Shown here: positions 1 to 9,050 of the stretch, piece after piece | How positions within the stretch are numbered: the stretch's first letter is position 1 | How the letters are laid out: every line of letters begins with the position of its first letter | Assembly (NCBI GenBank): GCA_964474435.1 | Contig: CAYYSI010000002.1 | Span: forward strand, 163,604-227,603 | Reading direction: 5' to 3' | DNA length: 64,000 bases | DNA from: an uncultured Candidatus Saccharibacteria bacterium | Lineage (GTDB): Bacteria; Patescibacteriota; Minisyncoccia; Phycocordibacterales; UBA9973 | Translations under genes and position numbers: made by a program | The notes under the pieces: model-generated | Databases searched by the model: none | What the model saw: only the letters and a program-made list of their open reading frames with translations | Told to the model about the DNA's origin: nothing

Positions 1-228
1 TGCTTGTATGGGCGAATCAGTATTCATTTGTATAGACTCTGGTTGGGGAGTAGTGCGGGTAATTGGTGCAGTATTGATGATAGGAGGATCGATGACTTCA
101 CGGCTACGCTCATAGTACCAAAATGCGCCAAAGGCAACCAGAACAAAAAGAATAATGAAAAAAGCCCATGGCTTTTGTGCGTGTCGAGAAGGAAGTTGTT
201 GAAATACTGTTTCTCCTTCGTGTCTCAT
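1..228 (-). CDS. Partial hypothetical membrane-anchored protein. Only the N-terminal ~76 aa lie in the window; the gene runs off the window start.
   Basis: ATG at 226-228 on the minus strand begins MRHEGETVFQQLPSRHAQKPWAFFIILFVLVAFGAFWYY..., read by hand. It sits directly downstream of the 234-749 minus-strand gene. No stop lies within the window. Confidence 0.3.
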   Translation of the reverse strand, partial: MRHEGETVFQQLPSRHAQKPWAFFIILFVLVAFGAFWYYERSREVIDPPIINTAPITRTTPQPESIQMNTDSPIQA

Positions 229-233
229 ACGAC

Positions 234-749
234 TTATTGTACCTGTGCGTCGATGGTTGTTGCAACTGCAGCCTTGAGCTCAGTGAGGGAGTTGATGAGA
301 TGGGTACGAGCGTCCTTGAGGTTGTCCTCGACAGTTTTTAGCGCTGCCTTGAGCTCGGTTGTGTCAGTCATATCGTCGGTGACAGTAACCTTTGCAAGGA
401 GATCAAGGTTCGTCTTGGTGAGGCCAAGGGATGTATTGGTAAGGGCGAGTTCGGCTTGGGCCTTGGTAGTATCAACCTTTTTGAGGGTGAGGCGGTCGAT
501 CGCTGCTTGCGTTCGAGTTGCAAAGAGCGAAAACTGCGCTTGGATTGCCTTGAGGTTCTTTTCTGCGGCAACCTTCTTTTCACTGATGGTTTCTGGAGCA
601 ACCGGAGTTGCCTCTGTGGCTACGACCGGTTTTGCGGGTGCAGCAACAGTCACCTGTCCAGCGACGGCTGTGGTCTCGGCTTGGGCCACTGTGTAGGGGA
701 GTGCAAGTGCGAGGATGGCAAATAGTGTTAGATTAAGGCCTTTTTTCAT
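234..749 (-). CDS. Secreted hypothetical protein, Ala/Thr/Lys-rich and probably coiled-coil, with an N-terminal signal peptide.
   Basis: 171-aa ORF. MKKGLNLTLFAILALALPYTVAQA is a typical Sec signal. The rest is low-complexity alpha-helical sequence. The overlapping plus-strand ORF 4-696 is a low-complexity antisense artefact. Confidence 0.5.
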   Translation of the reverse strand: MKKGLNLTLFAILALALPYTVAQAETTAVAGQVTVAAPAKPVVATEATPVAPETISEKKVAAEKNLKAIQAQFSLFATRTQAAIDRLTLKKVDTTKAQAELALTNTSLGLTKTNLDLLAKVTVTDDMTDTTELKAALKTVEDNLKDARTHLINSLTELKAAVATTIDAQVQ

Positions 750-894
750 AAATTACTCTTATAGGTATACCATACAGACGACTGATTGGATAGGGGATTA
801 CATTGGGACACCTCTCTAAAAGCGGGTATACTGTAAGAGTAGCAGGTTCGCGTCGTCGATAGAATCTGTAGTATTACCAGTATTCAATCTATAT

Positions 895-1362
895 ATGAAA
901 GCATCAACAACCATTCTCATTATCCTCGCACTCCTTATTATCGGCTTTGTTGTATGGCCTCGCACCAAGGCTGACCCTATGACACCAGGGACGACCGTGA
1001 CACAAAGTGACTCAATCGAAGGCTGCTATATCGCAACTATTGCCAAGGACGTGTACACACTTGAAATCAAGTCTCAAAATGAACAAGAAGTAACAGGTAC
1101 GCTCGCGTACAAGAACTTCGAAAAAGATAGTTCATCAGGCCCATTTGTGGGGACGTACAGCAGCAGCATGCTCGTCGGTGACTATAGCTTTTCCTCAGAA
1201 GGCATGAACTCTGTCCGCCAAGTTGCATTCAAAAAGGTCGCCAACGGCTTTGTCCAAGGATTTGGCCCAACCAAAACCGAAGGCAATGCCGAGACATTGG
1301 ATATGGCCAACCTGTCATACGACAACTCTCCAGTGTTTGTAAAAACTGCGTGTAAGTCGTAA
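895..1362 (+). CDS. Hypothetical protein with an N-terminal membrane anchor.
   Basis: 155-aa ORF. An N-terminal hydrophobic helix (ILIILALLIIGFVVW) is followed by a soluble domain. No family recognised. Confidence 0.45.
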   Translation: MKASTTILIILALLIIGFVVWPRTKADPMTPGTTVTQSDSIEGCYIATIAKDVYTLEIKSQNEQEVTGTLAYKNFEKDSSSGPFVGTYSSSMLVGDYSFSSEGMNSVRQVAFKKVANGFVQGFGPTKTEGNAETLDMANLSYDNSPVFVKTACKS

Positions 1363-1424
1363 ATCAGGAATTTAAAAGTATCCCTCGAAAGAGGGTACTT
1401 TTTATTTATGGTACGATTCTCCAT

Positions 1425-1847
1425 ATGGAAATACTTGAATATGTAAAAAATGATGAACTGAATCTAGAATCCTTCAACGCAAAAGTTTGGCCGGCAGCAG
1501 ATGCAGAACACTATGGGGACAAACAACCAGATTTTAATAAAAAAGAATTCACATTGATCGCAAAAGAACATGATGAGATTATTGGATACATATCGATGAT
1601 CATCGATAGTGGTGTTGCGCAGATCGAACCACTCATGGTACATCCTCGCGGAAAGGGAATTGGAAGCGCACTTATCACTGCCGCAGAAGAAAAGGCAAAA
1701 AGTATGGGAGTGCACAAGGTGTGGCTTGAAACGGGAAGTACTTGGGAAGCCAAGAAATTTTATGAAAAGCATGGATACACTGTGCGAACAATTTTGCCAA
1801 ATCATACCGGTGGACATGAGTTTGTATTGATGGATAAGATGCTATAG
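1425..1847 (+). CDS. GNAT family N-acetyltransferase.
   Basis: 140 aa. Acetyl-CoA binding-like motif HPRGKGIGSALITAAEEKAKSMGVHKVWLET and overall GNAT-like layout. Confidence 0.65.
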   Translation: MEILEYVKNDELNLESFNAKVWPAADAEHYGDKQPDFNKKEFTLIAKEHDEIIGYISMIIDSGVAQIEPLMVHPRGKGIGSALITAAEEKAKSMGVHKVWLETGSTWEAKKFYEKHGYTVRTILPNHTGGHEFVLMDKML

Positions 1848-1854
1848 TTGCTGT

Positions 1855-2256
1855 ATGGAAACAATGCCAAATATTCAAAGAATGCCAGATATAAGCGAGG
1901 GAGGGCACAATATGGAGTCAAAAGAAAAGCACGAGTTTAGCCTAGAAGAAATCAAAAAGGTGCTTATGCAGATTGACGGGAAAGAGCGTCCAAATCTTGA
2001 TATTAAAGAACGCAAAGAAAATATCAAAGGCGAACTTATGTTTATAGAATTTTCAGATGGTGAAAAGGAGATAATAGGTGATGAAGAGCATGATGTTACC
2101 TACCTGTTGACTGTTGCAGGACAGCGATACAAAGCAGATGGAAGTGAGGGGGCATTGCTTACAAAAACATTTCTCACGAAAAATTATGATGATGGAATGT
2201 TTGATAGCAAAGAATTAGGCGATTATATCGACGGAGCTTGGAGTCATTCTGTTTAG
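1855..2256 (+). CDS. Hypothetical acidic protein.
   Basis: 133-aa ORF with no recognisable motif. The true start may be the internal Met (MESKEKHEF...). Confidence 0.3.
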   Translation: METMPNIQRMPDISEGGHNMESKEKHEFSLEEIKKVLMQIDGKERPNLDIKERKENIKGELMFIEFSDGEKEIIGDEEHDVTYLLTVAGQRYKADGSEGALLTKTFLTKNYDDGMFDSKELGDYIDGAWSHSV

Positions 2257-2337
2257 GGTCTTGTACTTTCCTCTAGTCCTCCACACAAAATCCGCGTATA
2301 CTTATTCTATTATTTCTAAATAGATCAGAGTCGTTGT

Positions 2338-3480
2338 ATGAGAAAAGTTGCATGGGCAGGATTGGTAGTAGTGTTGGTGATAGGGGCGGTGGCATTTCGT
2401 GCGCACCTCGTCGAATTTTATAACACGGTTGCACAACGTGACTTGCTCAAGGTTGAAATAGCGGATTTGCATTTGGAGCTTGCAGCACTCTCGATCGGTG
2501 CGCGTCCTGATCCGAGCGGACCAGAGAGTATCGTCGTACTCGGTGGTAGAACCCAAATGACGAGCAAGAACGATGTGTTCGCAAGTAACAACCTACTCTC
2601 ATGGAATCTCATTTCTCCAAACGCGGCTGCAACGACGAAATGGTCTGCACGAATGAATCCCAACACGGTGTATTTCCGCAATCAATACTGGGTTGTCGGC
2701 ACGAGTCACTGGAATAGTCCATCGAATAACATAACGAGTCCCAACGATGTGTGGTATTCACCTGATGGTATCAACTGGAAACTGACGACCGCACGTCCTC
2801 CGTTTGATAACTACTACGCACCATTTACGTCAGACTTTGCCGGATACTATGAATACCGCGCAACGACATTGGGAAATAAAATGTACGTTGTCGGCGGCAA
2901 GCCGGGCAACGGCAACAAGGCAGTGGTGTGGTCATCCCTTGATGGCACCAACTGGAATGTCGAAACAGCAGCAGCTCCATTTGAAAGTCGCACACTCTTT
3001 TCATTGGTCACCCACAGCGGCAAGATGTATGTCATCGGTGGTCGCTACGGCATGAACTCATATGGCAACAGTGGGGTATGGTCATCATCGGACGGTGCAA
3101 CCTGGACACAAGTCACGGCGACTCCTGCGTTTGGTACGTCACTTGCCAATGCAAAGGCGATCAGCTACAACGATCGACTATATCTCCTCGGAGGGGTTAC
3201 ACAAACTGCAACAAGTGGGGCGCAGTCACCCAAGGTATGGGCATCATATGATGGTGCGACATGGACACTCGTGAGTTCAACACTTCCTGATCCAAGTCAT
3301 ACGGGCTTTGATGTACGAGATGCAGTTGTCTCTGATGGCAAGATCTGGCTTGGCGATGCAGCCTATGATGGCGCAAGCAACAGACTGTGGTCAACAACTG
3401 ACGGTATCACCTGGACCCAAAATACCAAGACACCTGAGTGGTCTCCACGGTTCTCATACAGATTCTTGGGCAAAAGATAA
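2338..3480 (+). CDS. Membrane-anchored beta-propeller protein carrying Asp-box (BNR, S-x-D-x-G-x-T-W) repeats and Kelch-like GG motifs.
   Basis: 380 aa. N-terminal TM helix. Repeated motifs YSPDGINWKL, WSSLDGTNWNV, WSSSDGATWTQV, WASYDGATWTLV and WSTTDGITWTQ match the Asp-box consensus. Interleaved MYVVGG / MYVIGG / LYLLGG are Kelch-like. Confidence 0.6.
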   Translation: MRKVAWAGLVVVLVIGAVAFRAHLVEFYNTVAQRDLLKVEIADLHLELAALSIGARPDPSGPESIVVLGGRTQMTSKNDVFASNNLLSWNLISPNAAATTKWSARMNPNTVYFRNQYWVVGTSHWNSPSNNITSPNDVWYSPDGINWKLTTARPPFDNYYAPFTSDFAGYYEYRATTLGNKMYVVGGKPGNGNKAVVWSSLDGTNWNVETAAAPFESRTLFSLVTHSGKMYVIGGRYGMNSYGNSGVWSSSDGATWTQVTATPAFGTSLANAKAISYNDRLYLLGGVTQTATSGAQSPKVWASYDGATWTLVSSTLPDPSHTGFDVRDAVVSDGKIWLGDAAYDGASNRLWSTTDGITWTQNTKTPEWSPRFSYRFLGKR

Positions 3481-3487
3481 AAGGGGA

Positions 3488-3811
3488 ATGTCTACCAAAC
3501 CAGAAACCATCGATTTCATTCTCGCCAAGCTCGGCGACTACGAGCGGTTCACGACGCGCAAGATGTTTGGGGAATATGCGCTCTATGCAGATGGGAAAGT
3601 TGTCGCGCTCGTCTGTGATGATCAGTTCTATATAAAGATCATGCCCGAGAGCGCAGCACTTGCTGATATCTGCGAACAAGACTCGCCGTATCCTGGTGCA
3701 AAACCACACTACCTCGTCGAAGAACATCAGCTCTCGACGATCAAAGAATTACCAGACATATTAATTGCGATCGGGAAGGCGTTACCGAAGAAGCGAATTG
3801 TTAAAAAATAG
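3488..3811 (+). CDS. TfoX/Sxy N-terminal domain protein (competence-regulator-like).
   Basis: The start was re-chosen at ATG 3488 within ORF 3308-3811, preceded by AAGGGGAA. TRKMFGEYALYADGKVVALVCDDQFYIKI matches the TfoX_N pattern RKMFGGYGLY.DGK.FALI.D..LYLK. Confidence 0.55.
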   Translation: MSTKPETIDFILAKLGDYERFTTRKMFGEYALYADGKVVALVCDDQFYIKIMPESAALADICEQDSPYPGAKPHYLVEEHQLSTIKELPDILIAIGKALPKKRIVKK

Positions 3812-3832
3812 TAATTAATATAGTATCTCGAT

Positions 3833-4459
3833 ATGTTTGCAATTATTGGAATGAGTCCAGGAAATGGCTACTTCAAACAAGAAGTAGTAAATCAACTCTT
3901 AGATAAAGCAATAAAAGAGTATTCAGAAATTGGTATTTTTATACCTGACGTTCCAGCAATATCTACATATGTTGCCCTAGGGTATGATCAGACACGAGCA
4001 AGAAGAGATAAGGCGATTCCTCAAGGTAATGCACTAAAAAATAAAGTAGTTCGCGCACTCAAGGAAAAAGAAATTGATCAATCAAAGGTGAGAATATTTG
4101 ATTGGTCTGGAGAAAACATACAAGAAAATCAATCGTATAGAGATAGTTTTTTGTATATTACAAATCTCTACCATTCAAATGGAGATTTCAAAAAAGAAGT
4201 GGATGATACAACATCAGCAGTACTTGTCGATAATGCATTTCGTAAAATACCAATAACACAAAAAGAAATTGAAATTGGTGCACACTATCTTCTTTCAGAG
4301 CTCACGTTTATGATATTTGTTGGAGAATATATAAATAAACAAGATGTTGGATACATATACCACAATCCGTGGCCGATTTTTCAAAATTTTATTGCAGGGA
4401 AATTTGATGGAATAAAGAAAGATCATATCCATTTTATTCTTTTTCCAAAGTTTTCATAA
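3833..4459 (+). CDS. Cyclodipeptide synthase (tRNA-dependent CDPS, AlbC-like).
   Basis: 208 aa. N-terminal AIIGMSPGNGYFKQ aligns with the AlbC catalytic-Ser region ALIGISAGNSYFSQ. HYLLSEL aligns with the AlbC Y178/E182 motif NYVLAEA. YIYHNPWP aligns with the Y202 region LCYHIDTP. Length and spacing fit CDPS. Confidence 0.65.
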   Translation: MFAIIGMSPGNGYFKQEVVNQLLDKAIKEYSEIGIFIPDVPAISTYVALGYDQTRARRDKAIPQGNALKNKVVRALKEKEIDQSKVRIFDWSGENIQENQSYRDSFLYITNLYHSNGDFKKEVDDTTSAVLVDNAFRKIPITQKEIEIGAHYLLSELTFMIFVGEYINKQDVGYIYHNPWPIFQNFIAGKFDGIKKDHIHFILFPKFS

Positions 4460-4499
4460 TAAAAACACCCCGACTTGCGGGGCATTTTTATGTTAGAAC

Positions 4500-5030
4500 T
4501 TATTTCTGAAACTTTTCTTTATATAACTCTTGAGATTTGATAACTGCCGCAAGTGCTTCAGCCTTATCCCCGATCGAGTCGATCGAGACAGGTTTCTTTT
4601 GGATCTGTTTGTAGGTCAAGAAGAAGTGTTCGATTTCTTTGATCGTGTGCTTGTTCACATCCTTGAGGTCTTGGATGTCATCAAAGCGTGGATCCTTTTC
4701 AGGAACTGCAATGATTTTGGCATCAGAGTCACCATCGTCGATCATGTTGATGACTGCTACAGGACGAACTTTTACAAGCACGCCTGGGACAAGTGGATAC
4801 GTTGTGAGTACTACCACATCCAATGGATCGCCGTCTTCCCAGTGACTCTGTGGCATGAAGCCATAGTCAAATGGATAGTCTTGGGAGGTGTGCATTGCAC
4901 GATCGAGCATGATGAGACCAGTTTCTTTGTCGAGCTCGTATTTGTTTTTTGAACCTTTTGGGATTTCGATGATGACGTTGATGATGTTTGGGACATCAGC
5001 ACCCGCGGTGATTTCGTGGAGGAGATTCAT
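4500..5030 (-). CDS. ppa: Inorganic pyrophosphatase (family I).
   Basis: The start was re-chosen at MNLLHEITAGAD within ORF 4500-5189. Motifs IEIPKGSKNKYELDKE, DPLDVVVL and DDGDSDAKIIAVP are typical of family I PPases. Confidence 0.85.
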   Translation of the reverse strand: MNLLHEITAGADVPNIINVIIEIPKGSKNKYELDKETGLIMLDRAMHTSQDYPFDYGFMPQSHWEDGDPLDVVVLTTYPLVPGVLVKVRPVAVINMIDDGDSDAKIIAVPEKDPRFDDIQDLKDVNKHTIKEIEHFFLTYKQIQKKPVSIDSIGDKAEALAAVIKSQELYKEKFQK

Positions 5031-5031
5031 A

Positions 5032-6378
5032 CTAGTTGTTTTGATTATCCATCTGGGCATCGGCGCCTTCGATTTCATTGGTAATAATTTCACCCGTTGA
5101 GATACCTTCGAGGTCTGACTGGTTGTCAGTTTCGACTGGTACATCAGAAGCAATTTCTTCGAGTGCTTCTTCGTCAGTGATCGGCTCATCAGTTGTTTCT
5201 GCAGTTTCGCCTGCGAAGTTTTTCAATGAGACAAAGTCATCGCCTTCGAGTTTTTCATCAGTTGTTTCTACTTCTGCTTCAGTGCCTTTGATGTCGATCT
5301 TCCAGCCAGTGAGGCGTGCTGCGAGGCGTACATTTTGTCCACCTTTACCGATCGCGAGAGAGAGCTGATCAGGAGTGACTTCGATTGTTGCCTTGTGCTC
5401 TGCGTCATCGAGGTTGAGGTCGAGGACCTTGGCAGGAGAGAGGGATTTCTGGACGAATTCACTTGGGTCTGGTGACCATTCGATGATGTCGATCTTTTCG
5501 CCGCCGAGTTCATTCATAACTGTTGAGACACGCACACCTTTTTGTCCGACACATGATCCGACTGGGTCAATGTTTGCGTCGTCAGTCCAGACAGCGATCT
5601 TTGAACGGCTTCCTGGTTCTCGAGCGATAGCTTTGATTTCGACAATGCCACTTGCAACCTCTGGAGACTCATACCCAAAGAGCTTCTCAAGGAACTTGGG
5701 ATGAGTCCGAGAGATGCGAAGGGTGATACCGCGAGGGGATTCCTCTACGTGATAGAGATATCCACGAATACGTGCACCACGCACGTAGCGCTCACCTGGG
5801 ATTTGTTCGTTGGGAGGGATCACACCAGTTGCACGGTTGAAGTCGACGTACACCATGCCGCGCTCCACCTTTTGGATGTGTCCAGAAATGATATCGCCTT
5901 CCTTGGTACCAAACTCATCGAGGATCGATGTGCGTTCTGCCTCGCGAATGCGTTGCATGATGACCTGCTTTGCAGTTTGTGCAGCAATACGACCAAAGTC
6001 GTCGCGTGGTTCGAGGGAGAATACGATCTCATCACCGATTGCAGCATCAGTTTTCATGATACGTGCGTCATCAAGGAGGATGTGCTTCTCTTCATTATAG
6101 ACTTCTCGTTCATCGTCCTCTGCAACTGCTTCTTCGATACCGTCTTCTGCGACAAATCGAACGAGTGTGTCGTCAACAACAGTCTTTACCTGTTCAAAGT
6201 CGACAGTACCAGCATCGAGACTGATGCGTGCGCGGACTACCTGGCCTTTTTTACCGTATTCTTTCTTGTATGCAGCAGCGAGTGACTGTTCAATCGCATC
6301 AATAAGTTTGTCGCGGCCGATGCGTCGTTCACTTTCGAGTTGTTCAAGTGCGAGTTTGAGTGCTTTTATATCCAACAT
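5032..6378 (-). CDS. nusA: Transcription termination/antitermination factor NusA.
   Basis: 448 aa. N-terminal domain, S1 and two KH motifs (GSRSKIAVW, IGKGGQNVRLAARLTGWKIDI), and an acidic C-terminal tail. Confidence 0.9.
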   Translation of the reverse strand: MLDIKALKLALEQLESERRIGRDKLIDAIEQSLAAAYKKEYGKKGQVVRARISLDAGTVDFEQVKTVVDDTLVRFVAEDGIEEAVAEDDEREVYNEEKHILLDDARIMKTDAAIGDEIVFSLEPRDDFGRIAAQTAKQVIMQRIREAERTSILDEFGTKEGDIISGHIQKVERGMVYVDFNRATGVIPPNEQIPGERYVRGARIRGYLYHVEESPRGITLRISRTHPKFLEKLFGYESPEVASGIVEIKAIAREPGSRSKIAVWTDDANIDPVGSCVGQKGVRVSTVMNELGGEKIDIIEWSPDPSEFVQKSLSPAKVLDLNLDDAEHKATIEVTPDQLSLAIGKGGQNVRLAARLTGWKIDIKGTEAEVETTDEKLEGDDFVSLKNFAGETAETTDEPITDEEALEEIASDVPVETDNQSDLEGISTGEIITNEIEGADAQMDNQNN

Positions 6379-6514
6379 ATATTTTTTTGTTATTTAATTT
6401 TAATAATTTTTTAAAAGCGCGAGTGTTTTGGAGAAAGTTATTAACAGAAATCCCGCTTTTGGCGGGTTCTACACTTGCACATGCATTCTACCATACGTTA
6501 TACTTAGAATCAAC

Positions 6515-7894
6515 ATGACTATATTGCGATCACGAAGCATCAAATCTCTCTTTATCGCTCTTGCAAGTACTGCTCTTGCATTCGCCCTTCTCTCTATCTC
6601 GCCAACTCAGGCACACGCATCGACATCAGACACTATCTATGGCTACGCATGGTCACCAAACATTGGATGGATCAGCATGAACAACTGCACGAGTGCGGGT
6701 GCGTGTACACCTGTCACTTATGGTGTCACGATGCCAACAACCGGTTCAATCCGAAATCTCAGCGGCTACGGATGGTCCTCAAACGTCGGCTGGGTGAGTT
6801 TCAATAGTAAAAATCCAGATGGTACAGCCGGTGCTACAAGCGGTTGTCCAACGTTTCCGGATAATCCAAACTGTCAGGCACAAGTAAACTGGGACTCTGG
6901 AGAGGTTAGTGGATGGGCACGGGCGTGTTCAGTATTTGCAAGTGGTTGTAGTGGTCCCCTCAAGAACGATGGCGTAGGGAATGACATCTATCGTGGCACA
7001 TGGGACGGATTTATCTCGCTTGCGGACACTAACCAGGGCGATCGCGCAGTATTTGGAGTATCTGTAGATGTGGCATCGGGGACACCGGCACGTTTTGCAG
7101 GGTTTGCCTGGGGAGCGGACGTTGTGGGGTGGGTAGACTTCTCTGGGGTGACGTATGATCCACATATATATGAATGTAGTGACACTGTCGACAATCTTGA
7201 CTCAGAGGATCAACTAGCAGATGCAGCTGATCGAGGATGTCACTGGGACTTTGATGTAAATAACCCAGATAGTTATGAACCTATGGATCCTAATGAGTCA
7301 GACTCTATATGTCCAGAGCACACCTATCCTGATGATCCAGTACAACCAAAGAACTGTTATTACTGTCCAAACCTTCCAGGCGGACCATATACCTCACTTC
7401 CAGCAGGGTACCACTACGACACTGATGGTATTTCGTGTATCACTGGGGATCCAACATGTCCACCAGGACAACATGTAGATCCGGTAACTCATCTTTGTGT
7501 AGCTGATCCAGTGTGCCCATCAGGACAGCACGTAGACCCAGTAACCCATCTCTGTGTAGCTGATCCAGTGTGTCCCGCGGGTCAAGTAGTAGACCCTATT
7601 ACCCATCTTTGTGTAAATATCTGTCCTCCCGGCCAAACATGGGACCCTAGAGCAAATGCCTGTATTACTAGTGGCCCAGCCTGTGATCCAAGTACAGCAA
7701 CTTGCCCAGCTGGTGGCCAATGTTCAAACATTCCTGATGATGTTGAGATTGCGCTCGGAGTAGGTGTTCCACCAACTCGACCGTATCGAGCACTTCCTGA
7801 TGGCCGATGTCTCTGTGTGGCAGGATATGTCCTCAATGGCGAATACAAATGTGTGAAGCCGACGTACTGTGAATTAGGAGGTAATTGTAATTAA
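6515..7894 (+). CDS. Secreted cysteine-rich repeat protein.
   Basis: The start was re-chosen at MTILRSRSIKSLFIALASTALAFALLSISPTQAHA, a signal peptide, within ORF 6428-7894. It has two GY(A/G)WS.N(I/V)GW(I/V)S.N repeats. Three tandem 19-aa repeats read DPVCP.GQ.VDP(V/I)THLCV. Many paired Cys. A candidate -35/-10 (TTGCAC / TTATAC) lies at ~6472-6500. Confidence 0.55.
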   Translation: MTILRSRSIKSLFIALASTALAFALLSISPTQAHASTSDTIYGYAWSPNIGWISMNNCTSAGACTPVTYGVTMPTTGSIRNLSGYGWSSNVGWVSFNSKNPDGTAGATSGCPTFPDNPNCQAQVNWDSGEVSGWARACSVFASGCSGPLKNDGVGNDIYRGTWDGFISLADTNQGDRAVFGVSVDVASGTPARFAGFAWGADVVGWVDFSGVTYDPHIYECSDTVDNLDSEDQLADAADRGCHWDFDVNNPDSYEPMDPNESDSICPEHTYPDDPVQPKNCYYCPNLPGGPYTSLPAGYHYDTDGISCITGDPTCPPGQHVDPVTHLCVADPVCPSGQHVDPVTHLCVADPVCPAGQVVDPITHLCVNICPPGQTWDPRANACITSGPACDPSTATCPAGGQCSNIPDDVEIALGVGVPPTRPYRALPDGRCLCVAGYVLNGEYKCVKPTYCELGGNCN

Positions 7895-7900
7895 CATCAT

Positions 7901-8221
7901 ATGGATCAAATGAACAACACAACACAATACGGAGCTCACGACGTGATCATGCCAATGCACCATGACAAGAAACGCACGCTCGTCACAGTCGGGATCATCT
8001 TTGTCGTCATAGCAGCACTTGCGACTGTACTTTATATATACTTCCACAAAAAGGTCTATACGATGGACGAGCTCGAAACAATGCTCGTCAATGTATCGAC
8101 TCCAGTAACTGCAACACCCGAGGAACAAGCCAAGGCAATGAAGGCACTCGAAGCGTCAGCTCCTGCACCGACGGCAACTCTCGAGGAACGCGAAGCAGAG
8201 CTTAACCGATTGAGTCAATAA
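7901..8221 (+). CDS. Small hypothetical membrane protein.
   Basis: 106 aa with a single TM helix (VTVGIIFVVIAALATVLYIYF) and an Ala/Glu-rich C-terminus. Confidence 0.4.
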   Translation: MDQMNNTTQYGAHDVIMPMHHDKKRTLVTVGIIFVVIAALATVLYIYFHKKVYTMDELETMLVNVSTPVTATPEEQAKAMKALEASAPAPTATLEEREAELNRLSQ

Positions 8222-8222
8222 T

Positions 8223-9047
8223 ATGAAACAACAGACCAAACTATTTATCATTACGCTCGCTCTCTGTATTCCTCTCGCCGCAATGACGTACGCGCTCGTG
8301 CCAACAGGAGGATACTTCAATCCAAGTACTGGTCCAACAGGTGACAACAGAGAAGTTGTACCTATCACTATCGGAACCAATCCACAAGCAAAGAATGGTG
8401 GGTTGACGATCCAGTCACCACTCATTGTGCGTGGTGATGCCTTTTTCAAGGCAGAAACATACATCAACGGCTTCATTGCTGGTATCCGACCAGATGCGCA
8501 TGACTCAGTGATCGCATTTGGTGATAGTGGGCACACAGTATCAGTCGAAGCAACAGGGAGTGTCTGGACCAAGAAAGACATGCAGACCAACACGCTCATG
8601 CCAGGAGGCGCAGTCTGTGCCGATGCTGATGGTAAACTTGTGCTCTGTAGTGTTAGTAATACTTGTCCATACGGGTCAACTCCTTCAGGGACAGGTGGCT
8701 GTATTGAGATCCCATGTGTTGTATTTTTGACATTCGAAGGAACCTTTCGTCATGGACGCGTGACCTATGCAGGTTCAACAACAATTCACCCTGCGTTGAC
8801 GATCACTGCAACTCTTGAGGGTTCTGGAAATGCAACGCCGTCGACAGGTAACCCTCGAGATACAACCTTTACAATGCCAGCTGATAGTACGATGAGTTAT
8901 TTCAATGGTGTGGCATGTGGCAATACCATACCGTACAACACTGGTACTGGATGTGGTATCGAAACGACGCCTGGTTTTGATCACGGGTATACCTCACTGG
9001 TATTTCCTGAATACATTCCAGAAGGCAAGATCTGTGTGCAACAATAA
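8223..9047 (+). CDS. Secreted Cys-containing hypothetical protein, paralog 1 of a local three-member family.
   Basis: 274 aa with a signal peptide. Its C-terminal motif GCGIETTPGFDHGYTSLVFPEYIPEGKIC is shared with the 9051-9944 gene (GCEIEGTYGFDHGYTSSVNPPLLPGGRIC). Confidence 0.5.
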   Translation: MKQQTKLFIITLALCIPLAAMTYALVPTGGYFNPSTGPTGDNREVVPITIGTNPQAKNGGLTIQSPLIVRGDAFFKAETYINGFIAGIRPDAHDSVIAFGDSGHTVSVEATGSVWTKKDMQTNTLMPGGAVCADADGKLVLCSVSNTCPYGSTPSGTGGCIEIPCVVFLTFEGTFRHGRVTYAGSTTIHPALTITATLEGSGNATPSTGNPRDTTFTMPADSTMSYFNGVACGNTIPYNTGTGCGIETTPGFDHGYTSLVFPEYIPEGKICVQQ

Positions 9048-9050
9048 TCT

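Noticed and set aside
4-696. 230-aa plus-strand ORF
   Set aside because: Low-complexity Ser/Ala/Val/Arg-rich translation lying antisense to the signal-peptide-bearing 234-749 gene. Typical antisense artefact.
5701-6285. 194-aa plus-strand ORF inside nusA
   Set aside because: Antisense to NusA. No motifs.
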